Shown piece after piece: positions 1 through 12,059 of a DNA stretch of 64,000 nucleotides. Under the pieces are notes generated by a model. It saw nothing but the letters and a program-made list of their open reading frames with translations. It was not told the origin of the DNA and did no database searches. Numbering within the stretch: the stretch's first letter is position 1; every line of letters begins with the position of its first letter. This DNA comes from Octopus vulgaris (lineage: Eukaryota), in contig OX597822.1 of assembly GCA_951406725.2 (NCBI GenBank), positions 59,334,001 through 59,398,000 on the forward strand, in the 5' to 3' direction. Position numbers and translations under genes: made by a program.

Positions 1-289
1 AGCAGAGTCGTTTGCATAAAAGAAAACATTGAAACTTTTTCCTCAGCATGATATAATACATGAACATAATTAATGAAAGTTTATTTTTCCAAAATTAGTA
101 TCAGAGCTTAAAATAACAAAACCGCAAATATGTTTGCACCATTACATACAACTCCACTCACCCATCCACTTAAACACACACACACGCACACACACAAGTT
201 AGTTATAGTTGCACAATGAACTTGAAAACAATATCGCATCACCACCCAGCAAAGTTGTCGTTTCTGTCTCCGCGAGAAATTGCAGATAT

Positions 290-687
290 TCTTTTCTACT
301 CTAGGTACAAGGCCCGAATTTTTTTTGTAGGGCAAGGGGACCAGTTAATTAGATCGACCCCGAAAGGATGAAAAGCAAAGTCGACCTCGGCGGAATTTGA
401 ACTCAAGTACATAAAGACAGACGAAATACCGCTAAGCACTTTCGCCCGACGTGCTAACGTTTCTTATTTCTTTATTACTAAACACAGAGGGGACGAACAA
501 GGACAGACAAACGGATTAAGTTGATTATATCGACCCCAGTGCGAAACTGGTACTTAATTTATCGACCCCGAAAGGATGAAAGACAAAGTCGACCTCGGCG
601 GAATTTGAACTCAGAACGTAACGGCAGACGAAATACGGCTACGCATTTCGCCCGGCGTGCTAACGTTTCTGCCAGCTCGCCGCCTTG
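290..687 (-). mobile_element. tRNA-derived SINE (family A), two tandem units
   Basis: Reverse complement of the head GGCGGCGAGCTGGCAGAAACGTTAGCACG...GAGTTCAAATTCCGCC (A/B-box-like) plus the body GAGGTCGACTTTG-CTTTCATCCTTTCGGGGTCGAT, present twice. Confidence 0.85.
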
Positions 688-859
688 AGAAATAGCAGAT
701 ATTGCAACAGCTAGTTATATCTTTTAACAGGAAAAGTGATCTATCATTCTACAACCACAAGCGAGGTTCTCTACTTGTTAACTTTAAAACATAACTAACC
801 TATAAAATTTTACTCCCCATATACCAACAGCTCGCAGCTTCACTTTACACGAGATCTGA

Positions 860-862
<3 letters not shown>

Positions 863-928
<66 letters not shown>

Positions 929-942
929 TATACATATATATA
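863..942. repeat. (TA)n microsatellite
   Basis: Directly visible. Confidence 0.95.
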
Positions 943-1137
943 TGGCAGGAACGTTGGCATACCGGGCGAAATGTTTAGCGGCATTTTGTCCATCTTCACG
1001 TTCTGAGTTCAAACTCCGCCGAGGTCGACTTTGCCTTTCATCCTTTCGGGGTCGATAAATTAAGTATCAGTTGCGTACTGGGGTTGATCTAATCGACGGG
1101 CCCACACAATTCGGGCCTTGTGCCTAGAGTAGAAAAG
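943..1137 (+). mobile_element. tRNA-derived SINE (family A)
   Basis: TGGCAGGAACGTT head, GAGTTCAAACTCC B box, conserved body, tail CCTTGTGCCTAGAGTAGAAAAG. Confidence 0.85.
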
Positions 1138-1145
1138 TAGAAAAG

Positions 1146-1585
1146 AATAATAAATCTCTGAGCGAGATGTAAACAGTATCAACACGACTTCGTGAAGTAT
1201 ATGTGCCACCTAAATGTGGTTGACCCATGTGGTACGATGCTACTGTAGTTTATAGCCACAGGAAGACATCTCCTCCAGTTGGCTAACGACACACTGTCTG
1301 TGCCCGATTAATATTTGCGAAAGGAAATCATCGTTCCCATTTCTAGCCTGACGTGATACACACGGACCCGGGCCTCTGGGTAGTAACCCGTCATCAGCGT
1401 GTGACAATCCCGATGATTTCCCTTCGCAAATACTGATAGGGCACAGACATTGTGAAAGGAGATGTCTTTCTGGGACTATAAACTGCAGTAGCATCGTCCC
1501 ATATGGGTCAGCCACATTTAGGTGGCACATATATTTCACGATGTCGTGTTGTTACTGTTTACATCTCGCTCAGAGATTTATTATT
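1146..1585. repeat. Long inverted repeat (129-bp arms, 182-bp spacer); MITE-like or hairpin element
   Basis: 1146-1274 matches the reverse complement of 1457-1585 with 10 mismatches and no indels (hand alignment). Confidence 0.9.
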
Positions 1586-1956
1586 GTTTGTTTCTCCTTT
1601 TTCGAGCTCAGCGACTTTTTGTCACTGGAAAAAGTACATGTATTTGTGTTCGAAAGCATTTCTCATCCCTAACCGGCTCTTGGCTGTTGCAGATGTGGGT
1701 TTGATTCCCTCCGCTACACGTGGTTCGAACGACGCGTGCTGCTTTGAAGCGGTGTGTTTATGCTTTCTCTCGTCGTTTGAGGAGAGTTAGCGATGGCTGG
1801 AAAGAAGAATTTATTCTACTCAGACTTTAGTGGGTCTGCGTTGTCTACTCCGGAGGAAGAGCTGCTGAGAACAGTCAAGGAAATGAATTGGAAACAAGGA
1901 AAATGAATTTTGCGGATGTGGCAAAAGGCGCGGAAGACAATGTGGTGATTGAAATT

Positions 1957-2152
1957 TCTATGTTTTTGTTTTTATGTTTTCGTTTCTCATTGTGTTCAAG
2001 GTTTTTTTAATGTCCTTTGCCCATATATGCATGTATATATACATATGTATGTAGGTATGTACATATATGTATGTATATATACATATATTTAAATATTATT
2101 TATACTATTATATGATCGAACGCCACGCATCCTTTTCCAAGTAAGTTCTTTA
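1957..2152 (+). mobile_element. Penelope-like terminal repeat fragment (family P)
   Basis: TTTTTATGTTTTCGTTTCTCATTGTG...CCCATATATGC motif is shared with copies at 25290-25900 and 41375-41665. The Penelope assignment is an inference. Confidence 0.5.
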
Positions 2153-2213
2153 AATATATATGTATATATGTGTGTATGCGTACGTTAGTACATGACGTAA
2201 AACAATGTACTCT

Positions 2214-2268
<55 letters not shown>

Positions 2269-2929
2269 AAACATATTTATTCATCAAAATTTTTTAAGAT
2301 TTCTTCACGTGAATAGTCGTCAACTATAGCCAGACCTTGCATGGGAAATGAAAATTGAGGCAATAAGTTGCTTGTAGGCAAAATAAATTTCTTGAATTAT
2401 CTCATTAGTGAGCTTTGTGCATCTTTTTCTTCGTATATTTTGTGATAGCACCTTGATATTTCGTTCCTTTAGCTTTGCACTTTACAAAAGTGAATCGCCA
2501 AATGAATGAAATAATTAATGCATTCTGTATGTGGTGTGTGTATGCATGCGTGTGTATCTGTGCGCATGTGTGCATGTTCATTGCGTATATTCCGCTTGAG
2601 GCAACACTCGAATATTACTAAAATACAACGTAATAAAGATGAGAAGAGTATTAAAATAAATTACTGAAGCAGCACTAGCAAGCTCCTATAAAGAGAAAAA
2701 GAAAAGGTAAACCTCTCAACGGTAACAGATAACGTAAAATTCAAAGTTTTCTTTCTGCTAACCCTGTGACTTTCAAGTCTTGAAACTGAAAGCCGGTGCA
2801 GTTCAGTGTCAAGTTGGCTTACACACAGACGATCCTTCACCTTGCTATTTACTTAAAGAGCAATACTGACCTCCTCTCACAGCCAAAGGACTGATAAATG
2901 ATATAACATTCAAATAACAGCCTAATGTA

Positions 2930-4199
2930 CGAGGGGCGTTCAATAAGTAATGCCCCTGACCCACTTGCAGTTGTTTGATCTAGCTGAAATTTTGCATGTG
3001 CACTTATTTATACCTCTATAGATTAAGTAGCGAATTACAGCTCTGAACTAATTGTGGTTTCTGATTTACAGGTGTTTGAACTGAGTCAAGTGTGAAATGG
3101 AGCCTGTTGAGTGTCGAGCAGTGATCTGGTTTTTGTATTTGAAAGGACGCACACCACGGGAGACTTTTGATGAAATGAAAGTAACTTATGGTGATGATGC
3201 CCCATCATATGACCTTGTAAAACGCTGACATTGTGAATTCAAACATAGTCGGAACTCTGTGGAAACAGCTCCCAGATCTGGTCACCCCCTTCTGCCGTTG
3301 ATGAGACGTCTGTCCGTCAAGTTGAGGCTGCCATTTTGGAAGGTCAACGCATAACTATTCGCCAAATAGCCCATAAGGTCAAGATTAGTACCGGGTCTGT
3401 GGAAACTATCATTCATGACCATTTGCATATGCAAAAGGTGTCTGCCAGATGGATTTCCAGGTTGCTCACACCTTTCCAGAAGCAAGAACGCGTTGAGTGC
3501 TCGAGGATGAATTTGGAGATGTGCCAAGAAGATGAGTCAAAATTTTTCAAAAGACTGATCACACAGGATAAAACCTGGGTCCATCACTATGATCCATAGA
3601 CCAAAGCCCAGTCAATGCAGTGAAAGCACCGTGACTCACCTCCTCCAAAGAAGGCAAGGGTGCAGCCCTCCGCTGACAAGGTTATGCTCACAGTTTTCTG
3701 GGACCAGGACGGAGTAGTGATGACAGATTTCCTGGCAATGGGTACCACAATTACAGGAGCCTATTATGCTTCACTTTTGAGGAAATTAAGAGAAGCTATC
3801 AAAATGAAGAGGCGGGGCAAGATCAGCAAAGGCATCCTCCTCCTGCAGGACAACGCTCCGGTCCACAACTCGCGTGTCGCCAGATCAGAAGCACAGGCGT
3901 GCAGCTATGAACTCCTCCCCTTGCACCCTCTGATTTTCACCTCTTCCCAGCCATGAAGTTGATTTTGAAAGGAAAGCGTTTCCCAGATGATGCAGCCTTG
4001 ATTTCTGAAGTCACGTCGTGGTTGGAGGACCAAGCTGGGGTGTTCTACAAAAACGGTCTCCAGAGCTGTATCAAACGATGGGAGAAATGCATAACTCTGG
4101 GTAGTTCCTATGTAGGAAAAGACTAATAACTGTGCCAAGTGTCGTTGCTCTACTGCTATGGGAAGTGGGTCAGGGGCATTACTTATTGAACGCCCCTCG
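2930..4199 (+). mobile_element. Full-length mariner transposon (irritans-like), transposase inactivated
   Basis: Perfect 37-bp TIRs CGAGGGGCGTTCAATAAGTAATGCCCCTGACCCACTT, TA TSD on both sides, 1270 bp. Confidence 0.95.
3097..4126 (+). pseudogene. Mariner transposase pseudogene
   Basis: MEPVECRAVIWFLYLKG start, WISRLL (WVPHEL-like), ITQDKTWVHHYDP, QDNAPVH. Contains premature TGA codons and has lost the YSPDL motif. Confidence 0.9.
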
Positions 4200-4733
4200 T
4201 ATATATATAAATCTTAACAAAACAAGGTATAACTGATTCATTAAGCTGTCTTGATGTCAACTGAATGGCAATCCAGATCTACTCTTAAAACTAGCAAAAC
4301 CATCTTAGCCCTTTGAAAATGTTAAATCAGAGCTATTTATCAAAAATATTGGAAGAAGCAATACTTGCTTCTAATAGAAGTACAAGACCTGAAATTTAGA
4401 AAAGGGAGCAGTCGACTATATTAACTACAGTACTTGACTGGTACTTTATTTTAGAGGGGTGAAAGTAAATTTGACGTCGGCATGAGTTAAGATCAAATGC
4501 AAAAGGTAATAATTCTTTTTAATATAGTCACAAAGTCAGAAATTATGTGGGAAGTGGTTTAGCCGATTTCATCGATTCCAGTACTTGTCTGATACGTTAT
4601 TGATTTCGGTGGGATGTCGGTGAGATCTGGAATAAAGTAGAAGGCCGAAACGAACACCTTATGCCATTTGTGTGACGCCCTATCCATTCTGCCAATCCAC
4701 AAGAATTTTTTTTTTCTGAAAAAAAAAAAGTAT

Positions 4734-5024
4734 AGGCGCAGGAGTGGCTGTGTGGTAAGTAACTTGCTTACCAACCACATGGTTCCGGGTTCACCTTGGG
4801 CAAGTTTCTTCTACTATAGCCACGTGCCGAATAAAGCCGTCTGAGTGGATTTGGTAGACGGAAACTGAAAGAAGCCTGACATTTCTATTTATATGTCTAG
4901 TTATATTTGTAATATATTATGTATAATGTCATTGCTGTTGTGTAATGGTTTAATAAAGTATTGATTGGGTATTATCTGATGGTTGATGATTGATTTAGGT
5001 ATGTTTCTCCATTTTCTCATTTTG

Positions 5025-5083
<59 letters not shown>

Positions 5084-5310
5084 GCATGCGTATGTATATG
5101 TTTGTGTGTCTGTGCTTCCCCCCCCCAACACCGCTTGACAAACGATGCTGGTGTGTTTACCTCCCCGTAACTTAGCGGTTCGGCAAAAGAGACCATTAGA
5201 ATAAGTACTAGGCTTACAAAGAATAAGTCCTGGGGTCGATTTGCTCGACTAAAGGCGGTGCTCCAGCATGGCCGCAGTCAAATGACTGAAACAAGTAAAA
5301 GAGTATTAAC
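4734..5310 (+). mobile_element. tRNA/CORE-type SINE (family B) with internal microsatellite
   Basis: GGCGCAGGAGTGGCTGTGTGGTAAG head, CCTTGGGCAAGT core-like motif, GGTAGACGGAAACTGAAAGAAGCC; 3' part ends TGACTGAAACAAGTAAAAGAG. Confidence 0.75.
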
Positions 5311-5789
5311 TAAAAAAAAAAAAAATGGCAGCGAGGGCTTAAAACAAATAATTACAGGTCTGTGTCACATGTCACTTTTCAATAATCCGGAAGAAGGATG
5401 GATTAGTTAGACAAACACAAGTGTTTTAACAACATCCAAAATTCCAACCACTTTGGAAGGAATTGCCGAGCACACTTTCAACAATTCTGCTTCTGAAATT
5501 TCTCTTGGTTTCACCAAATGCTTTGACAAGTTCGATCACGAGACAAAAGAAAAGCTTCGTGGTTACTCGACATGCAGGAAATAACAGTTAAATTTCTCTC
5601 CAAACACACCCTACTATTTTAACCAAGAAAAAAAAAAGCTTTTAGTTTTTGGAATTTTCAGAAAATTTTTGCGAATTTGTATTCTACACACGGGAATTCA
5701 TACGATTATGTAAAAACCAAAAAGAAAAAAGTTCGCGCATGATTTAAGGCATATTTAGCTGTTATTTTTAGCACATCTTATGATCACCT

Positions 5790-6081
5790 CATACCAAATG
5801 TGTTTAAGCCTTTAATAAGCAACAAAAAGAACTTGTGGTAAGCAACTTGGTAAAAGCTTGGCTTGTTACTATGGAAATAGGCACCTTTGGCTTTTATTTG
5901 GCTAAAATTACCCAAAATTTGCAAACTTTAAAAGCTATTAACTCTCTATTGATTGATTTATGGCGAAAATGAATTTCATGTCAATAGTTACTTCCCAAAA
6001 CTACACGAATAAACCAAATATGAAATCAAATGGAACAAAAATTGAAGAAATTGAAAAGTGGCAGCCAAACAGAATAGATCC
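5790..6081. mobile_element. Terminal fragment of a GGATC-ended DNA transposon (Merlin-like)
   Basis: Ends ...CAGAATAGATCC, similar to the termini of the 7377-8595 element. Partner end not found; left boundary approximate. Confidence 0.35.
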
Positions 6082-6569
6082 TGTCTTTCCTTTCTTAAGA
6101 CATTATGATGTGGTTTGAGTGAGATACAGGTGTTATTTCTAGAAAGACGAGTGACGACGGAAAGGATCGTAAGGGTAGTGTTGTTGCTGTTGTCGCCGTC
6201 TTCGTCTCCTCCTCCTCCCCCCTATTCTTATTCCTTTCTTTTCTTTATCACCTTCAGTCTCGCATCAACCTTGGATGAGGACGCTTATTATTAACGACAT
6301 TCCAGCCATGACCATCCCGTCTTTAAATCTACTTAGGATTACACTGATCTTTGTGTTCCTTAAGTTGATGGGTGTGAAGTGGGGAAAAGTGGCTGTTATT
6401 AATTACTAGCATACCAAAGGGACCAACTTCGTTGAGGTTTAATGATCAACAGAACGTGTGTCATCTGACCTGATTGATGACCGCGTAAGGGTGGACTGAG
6501 GTCAACGAAGGGACACGGTGACCAACAAAAGGAACTTTGAAAGGCGAGAATAGTCGCTCCGTAGGTCAT

Positions 6570-6790
6570 TGTAGTTGTTTAACCCCGAGTAGTGTTTGAT
6601 TGGCTAGACCTGTGATCAAAAGCATTCAAACAATAGCCGTTTCGTATTTTTTCAGGTATGGTCTATGCAGGATTACATCGCTCCGTTTCTTTATTTTGAG
6701 ACGCTAGGTTGCGATTTGAAGGAGATTTGGTTGTTATTTCTTCCAGATCAAGCAACCATGTAAATACTTTCTCACTGGGCTGCTTCGTGA
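6570..6790 (+). mobile_element. Old dispersed repeat (family D, probably a SINE)
   Basis: GTTGTTTAACCCC...GACCTGTGATCAAAAGCATTC motif recurs in diverged form near 6290, 26270, 45670 (+) and 9500-9650, 37250-37430 (-). Confidence 0.5.
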
Positions 6791-7829
6791 TAAATCGATT
6801 GTTATTGTTGATGATGATGGCAGTGATAGTAATTCGGTAATGTCGGTGACCAGTATTAGGTGCTTTGGTAGTATTAGCGGTTGTGATTATAATGATAATA
6901 TTAGTGATGTTGATAACAATAGAAATTATAAGGTGATAGTAGCCGGGGTGGCGGCGGCGGCGGTGATGGTGTTGTGAGGGTTGTTCTTGTTTTTCTTGTT
7001 AATGTTAGTCGCTTTCTGCTGACGGTCAGGACAGGACTGATGCTAACAATACAAATTACAGTTGATGATATCGGTAGCGGCCGTGTCGGTGGTGGTAGTG
7101 GTGATGATAATACTAGTGATGTTGATGACAGTAGAAATGTTGGCATGTACTTTGGTGGTGGCGGTGGAGGTGTAGTGTTGTTGGTGGCGGTGGTGCGTTG
7201 GTCGTGGTTGTCGAAGTAGCCATGATAGCCATGGTGATTATGGGAAAATTGTTGGGGGTGATAGCTGTAGTGATGTTGATAGTAACAGAAGTGATAATAA
7301 TGTGTTTTGGTGGTGATACTGGTAGTGATAGTGATAATGTTGATCCTTATAATGTTTGTGAAATATAACGTGCCTTGGATCTTTTCTATTCTGAAGCCAG
7401 TTTTTTCAAATTTTTCCTACTGAACCAAACAATTTGAAACTTCGTATACTGGTAGAATGTGTCAAAAGTAAACTTAATTGTAAACCAGAATGAAAACGGA
7501 ATTGTAACTTCTAAGTTTAACGTTGTTTAATAATTAGAATTTTAACCAATGATATTTCGTCATTCGGCTTTATTTTATTTACTCCGTCTCGACCACCAAT
7601 TTCGTGACGTATTAAACATCTTAAATGTAAACAAGCGCATCCTTCTAATTATTTAACGTACTCATGTTTCCAGGATCCTATAGTCAGCCACCTTCTAATA
7701 ACAATATTTAAAACTAGTTAATAAGCCACATGTATTAAATTGAAAATGTTTCCATTCTGTATGTCTGCATGTATGTGTGTGTGTATGTATGTGTAAGTAT
7801 GTGTGTGTGTGTATGTATGTGTGTGTGTG

Positions 7830-7883
7830 TATGTATGTATGGCCGATTCATCGTAATTACGATGAATCGGCCATACATACATA
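7830..7883. repeat. Perfect 54-bp spacer-less palindrome
   Basis: TATGTATGTATGGCCGATTCATCGTAA|TTACGATGAATCGGCCATACATACATA, centre at 7856/7857. Confidence 0.95.
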
Positions 7884-8251
7884 GATACATACACACACAC
7901 ACATACATGCAGACATACATATACACATACACCGAGTAAAAAATTTCAGTTATCTCTCTCTTTCACACATTACTCTCTCTGTCTCTTCACACACACTAAC
8001 AGAAGCACTTCACTTACACAACATACTGTCTCCCACACCCCATCAAACACACACACACACACACATGTACATCAATGCTTCCCCTAGACGGTAACTTCAA
8101 AGACAAACTTCCCTCGTCATAAAATCGCTTCCTCTTAGTCTCTTTCGCTCTCATTACTTATGTAAAAAAATGAAAGTTTTTTACGGAAATCGACGGAAAA
8201 CTTGTGTTACGACAAGCGAAACTTCGCCGAAATGTAATATTAAAAAAGCAA

Positions 8252-8318
8252 AGAGCTGGCAGAAACGTTAGCACGCCGGGCGAAATGCGTAGCCGTATTT
8301 CGTCTGCCGTTACGTTCT
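8252..8318 (+). mobile_element. SINE family A head fragment
   Basis: GAGCTGGCAGAAACGTTAGCACGCCGGGCGAAATGCGTAGCCGTATTTCGTCTGCC. Confidence 0.8.
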
Positions 8319-8737
8319 GTGTTTGTTTACAGTTTTCCGAACGTTAGTACGTCACAAAAGCGCTTTCTACGTCACACTAATAGAATGCAGTCAAGTTTTA
8401 CACATGAAAACAAACAATCTGATTGGTTAAAATTCGCAGTTTTAATCTACGATTAAAGTCATAAAATAGATTTTTCTCAAATAAACTAGTTCCAACCTGT
8501 ATCTTGTTTTGCTAGACTCTATCAGCATACGAAGTTTCAGAATATTTAGTTAAGTAGAAAGATCTGTGGTCCTGGCTTCAGAATTGAAAAGATCCCGTGC
8601 CTTGACTATAATAACTGTTATAATTTAATGATTCATAGTCTGATATAATAATATTTCGGAATATAAAAATTCCTTCTTCAGATATCGTAAGGAATTGATC
8701 GAGTCACTGCTATAATCGGTTTTCCAACGGTTACTGA

Positions 8738-8868
8738 AATTTATCGACCCCGAAAGGATGAAAGGCAAAGTCTACCTCGGCGGAATTTGAACTCAGAACG
8801 TAGCGGCAGACGAAATACAGCTACGCATTTCGCCCGGCGTGCTAACGTTTCTGCCAGCTCGCCGCCTT
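8738..8868 (-). mobile_element. SINE family A (3'-truncated)
   Basis: Near-consensus head and body on the minus strand. Confidence 0.85.
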
Positions 8869-10603
8869 CTTTAGAGTAAATATAAATATCTTGGTGCTTT
8901 TTTTGCTTTACGTGAAAAAAAAATTGTAAAAGCTATTTATATGTAGTTAGCAATAAATAATTTAAAGCATAGGAGATTGTTAAGCACTTTATTATTCAAC
9001 GAACGAAGCGTCGTTAACTATAAGAAACATGAGAACTAGGTCTGTCTTTTAGCGTATTTTTCACACATTTTAAATATAATTGTATTAATTATGTGGTGCA
9101 TCGATTAAGAATCGTTGCTCCTATGCAGATGTTCCACCTATTATTAATAGTAGTCGAAACTCTCACAAATTATGTCCTGCTGTCTTAAAGTAAAAACGGA
9201 GAATACAACACAGAATGGTCTCTGTGGGAGCAAATCTGATCATATGTTTGCAAAATCGGGGTACACTATAAAAGCCATAATCACCAGGATATTCAGGAGG
9301 TGCACGTGCCCTCTATTATTGTCAGTTCTAAATTTGTGAAATTTGCAATGCTTGTTGCAGATAGAATTAACTGGAGAGTTCCTTTATTAATGCAGAAGAA
9401 ACGTTCAAGTCTTGATCTCCTGCCACTGATTACTTCTAAGTACAAAACCTATTGCAACACAAGCTATAAACATAGTCACATTCTGCTAGACACAGTATCC
9501 AAGTCTCGTCAACTCTCGTCTTAAAAAAGGACGGACATATTGAGAAAAATAGTCCTAGACACAATACGTCTGAATAAAATACGGGATGGCTACGGCCGGA
9601 ACATCTTTATTATGGATCTGTTAGATCAGGGTTAACCTAGAATTAAACAATAACTTATTCTTAACTTCAACAGCTGCAATCAGCATGCTATACATCCTGC
9701 AGTAGAGATTTGAGACTGTAGTAGGACTACCGATTATAAAACACAGAATCAACCAACTCAGTTTCACGGGAGAAATATTGCTGCACCGTTTTTATCATAT
9801 AATTGTATTTAAAATATAAGAATCTAATTCATGACTAAAGACATCAACTTATTTTATTAGTTTTCTTATTTTATTCTTTATTTATTTTATTTCAGTGCAA
9901 TAGCTAGATGAGGACGGGCAATGCCATTGTGGGGCTTCTATGACTGGAAGGGGAAGGAAGTTCTCAAACCGCAGACACAGCTCGAATTCTATGATAAAAA
10001 AAAAAAGAAACCTGCATACACAAGGACAGTTAGAAACATGCATACAGAAGGAGTGCAGTTAGAGTTAGATATTAAATTGTTTTTGTTTTTCAATTTCCTT
10101 TATGTTTCATAAAAACATTTCAGTTTTGTAAATTTGAAAATTTCTAACTGTAAAAAAAGAAAAGAAAATCAAAATTTTTACCCAGTTCAAATATTATTTC
10201 TAATATTTGAAATATTATTCTGAAGGCAGTAGGATTGTAAAAATAATAAACTGCCATTCTAATACATGTTGCCAGGATTGTTAGAGCTTCAGTAAAATAC
10301 TTTGTGCTAGCTATTTGTTCATTCTCTTCGCATTTTGAGGTCAAATCCCCACCGATATTAACTTTGCTTTTCACTTTTCGTGGGTCGTTAAAATAAAGTG
10401 TTAGTTCCGTATTAGGATCGATGTAAGTAACTATACCTTTGCAAACAAATTTAATTCTTATTTCTTTTTATCACAGGTTTTGTTTGAGCTCCTGGACTTG
10501 CATGCGTATCGGGCTTGCTACCTGCAACCTACGGTACAATGCTATCTGTTCTTTTCAGCTATCTAATACTTTCCTGATTATTCTGGTCGTGCCAAGGAGG
10601 CAA

Positions 10604-10675
10604 TTATTATTGTTATTATTATTATTATTATTATCATTCTTCTTCTTCTTATTATTATCATCATCATCATCATCA

Positions 10676-10752
<77 letters not shown>
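10604..10752. repeat. (ATT)n/(ATC)n microsatellite
   Basis: Directly visible. Confidence 0.95.
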
Positions 10753-10754
<2 letters not shown>

Positions 10755-10960
10755 GTCGGTGAGCTGGCAGAATCGTTTGCACGCCGGGCAAAATGTTTAG
10801 CGGCATTTCGTCTGTCCCTAGGTTCTGAGGTCAAATTCCGCCGAGGTCGACTTTTTCTTTCATCCTATCAAGGTCGATAAATTAAAAACCAGTTAAGTAC
10901 TGGGGTCGATGTGATCCCCCTCCCTCAAATTTCGAGCTTTGTGCCTATAGTAGAAAGGAT
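10753..10960 (+). mobile_element. SINE family A
   Basis: Head, body and tail GTGCCTATAGTAGAAAGG; flanked by ATT repeats. Confidence 0.85.
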
Positions 10961-11010
10961 TATATAATAATAATAATTTTATTATTATAATTATTATTAT
11001 TATTATTATT

Positions 11011-11454
11011 GAGTGAGAGAGCAGTGCGTGCCATCAAAGTGACACTGGAGTAAAATATACTAAGCCCACTATACCCTCATGACTACCCGTCTGATAAGGG
11101 TACACCAGGCACATGTATCGCAACTATATGTGCGCGACATGGTGATCTCATATCAAGATAAACAGCGCAGGTGGGGCACGGTTAGAATTTTCTTCAGGTC
11201 GAGTAGTCCATCACGCTCAAACGCTCCCCGAATAAGGGTTGTTTAAGGATGTTGAACGAACCACACATGTTTCCAGAGGTAAATTATCCAAACCCCAAAG
11301 GAATTCCTCTTAACACATGGCTATGATGCTTCCCCACTACTTCTGCTTGTGATCAGAGATGCACATATCGTCAGCCACTAAGGGACATGTTCAACTGGTT
11401 AAAGTCAAAGTGACAAGCAAATCTGTGGCATTGAGCAGAATATTTGCTGTAGCC

Positions 11455-11455
<1 letters not shown>
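11011..11455 (-). mobile_element. Retroposon-like insert (LINE 3' end or SINE) between (ATT)n tracts
   Basis: Complex 445-bp sequence with (TTA)n on both sides; on the minus strand it ends CTCTCTCACTC followed by (AAT)n. No ORF. Confidence 0.45.
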
Positions 11456-11527
<72 letters not shown>

Positions 11528-12059
11528 AATATTGTCTGTATTGGACGTTCGCTGCATCAGCTTGCAAAGTTTCGTTGGATTTTATGGAAAATAATTTGTT
11601 TACTAATGCAAATTTTAGTGAAAACTTTAAATAAAGACCCCTATTTCACCGGCCAAAGAGGGAATGGGTAAACTGTGCTTTTAAGTGCCCAATTGGTGCT
11701 ATATTTATTTCTCTTAATTTGTTTATTTTTCTTGTTGGATTTATGGCGTCGTTAATGCCCACCGACGTCTTCAATGAGACTCCAGCAAGATATCTGTTTT
11801 TAGCAACAAATCAGCATCAATGTTTGACTGGGATTGCATCAAAATCTACACGACACTTCTCGCTTTCCCTAAACAAGAAATCACATCTGACAAAGATAAA
11901 ACAGCTTTTGAAGGTAAATGAAAAGAAAGTACTAGTTGCTATTCCAGCCGAAGTTTGGCAGTAGCTATATAGAAGAGGTGCTGTATCAGTGTATGCTAAA
12001 ACTCTGAGAGACGCCCGGGTAGAAAGAGCCCTGAAAATAATACGTACAGATATAGATCA

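Larger units (their letters stand above)
7377..8595. mobile_element. Non-autonomous DNA transposon with 8-bp TSD (Merlin-like)
   Basis: TIR GGATCTTTTC(T/A)ATTCTGAAGCCAG at both ends; direct repeat CGTGCCTT at 7369-7376 and 8596-8603. GG...CC termini plus an 8-bp TSD fit Merlin, but MULE is not excluded. Confidence 0.85.

Noticed and set aside
9896-10005. Possible host exon after TTTTATTTCAG
   Set aside because: All three frames hit a stop within a few codons of the acceptor, and there is no clear donor or recognisable protein.
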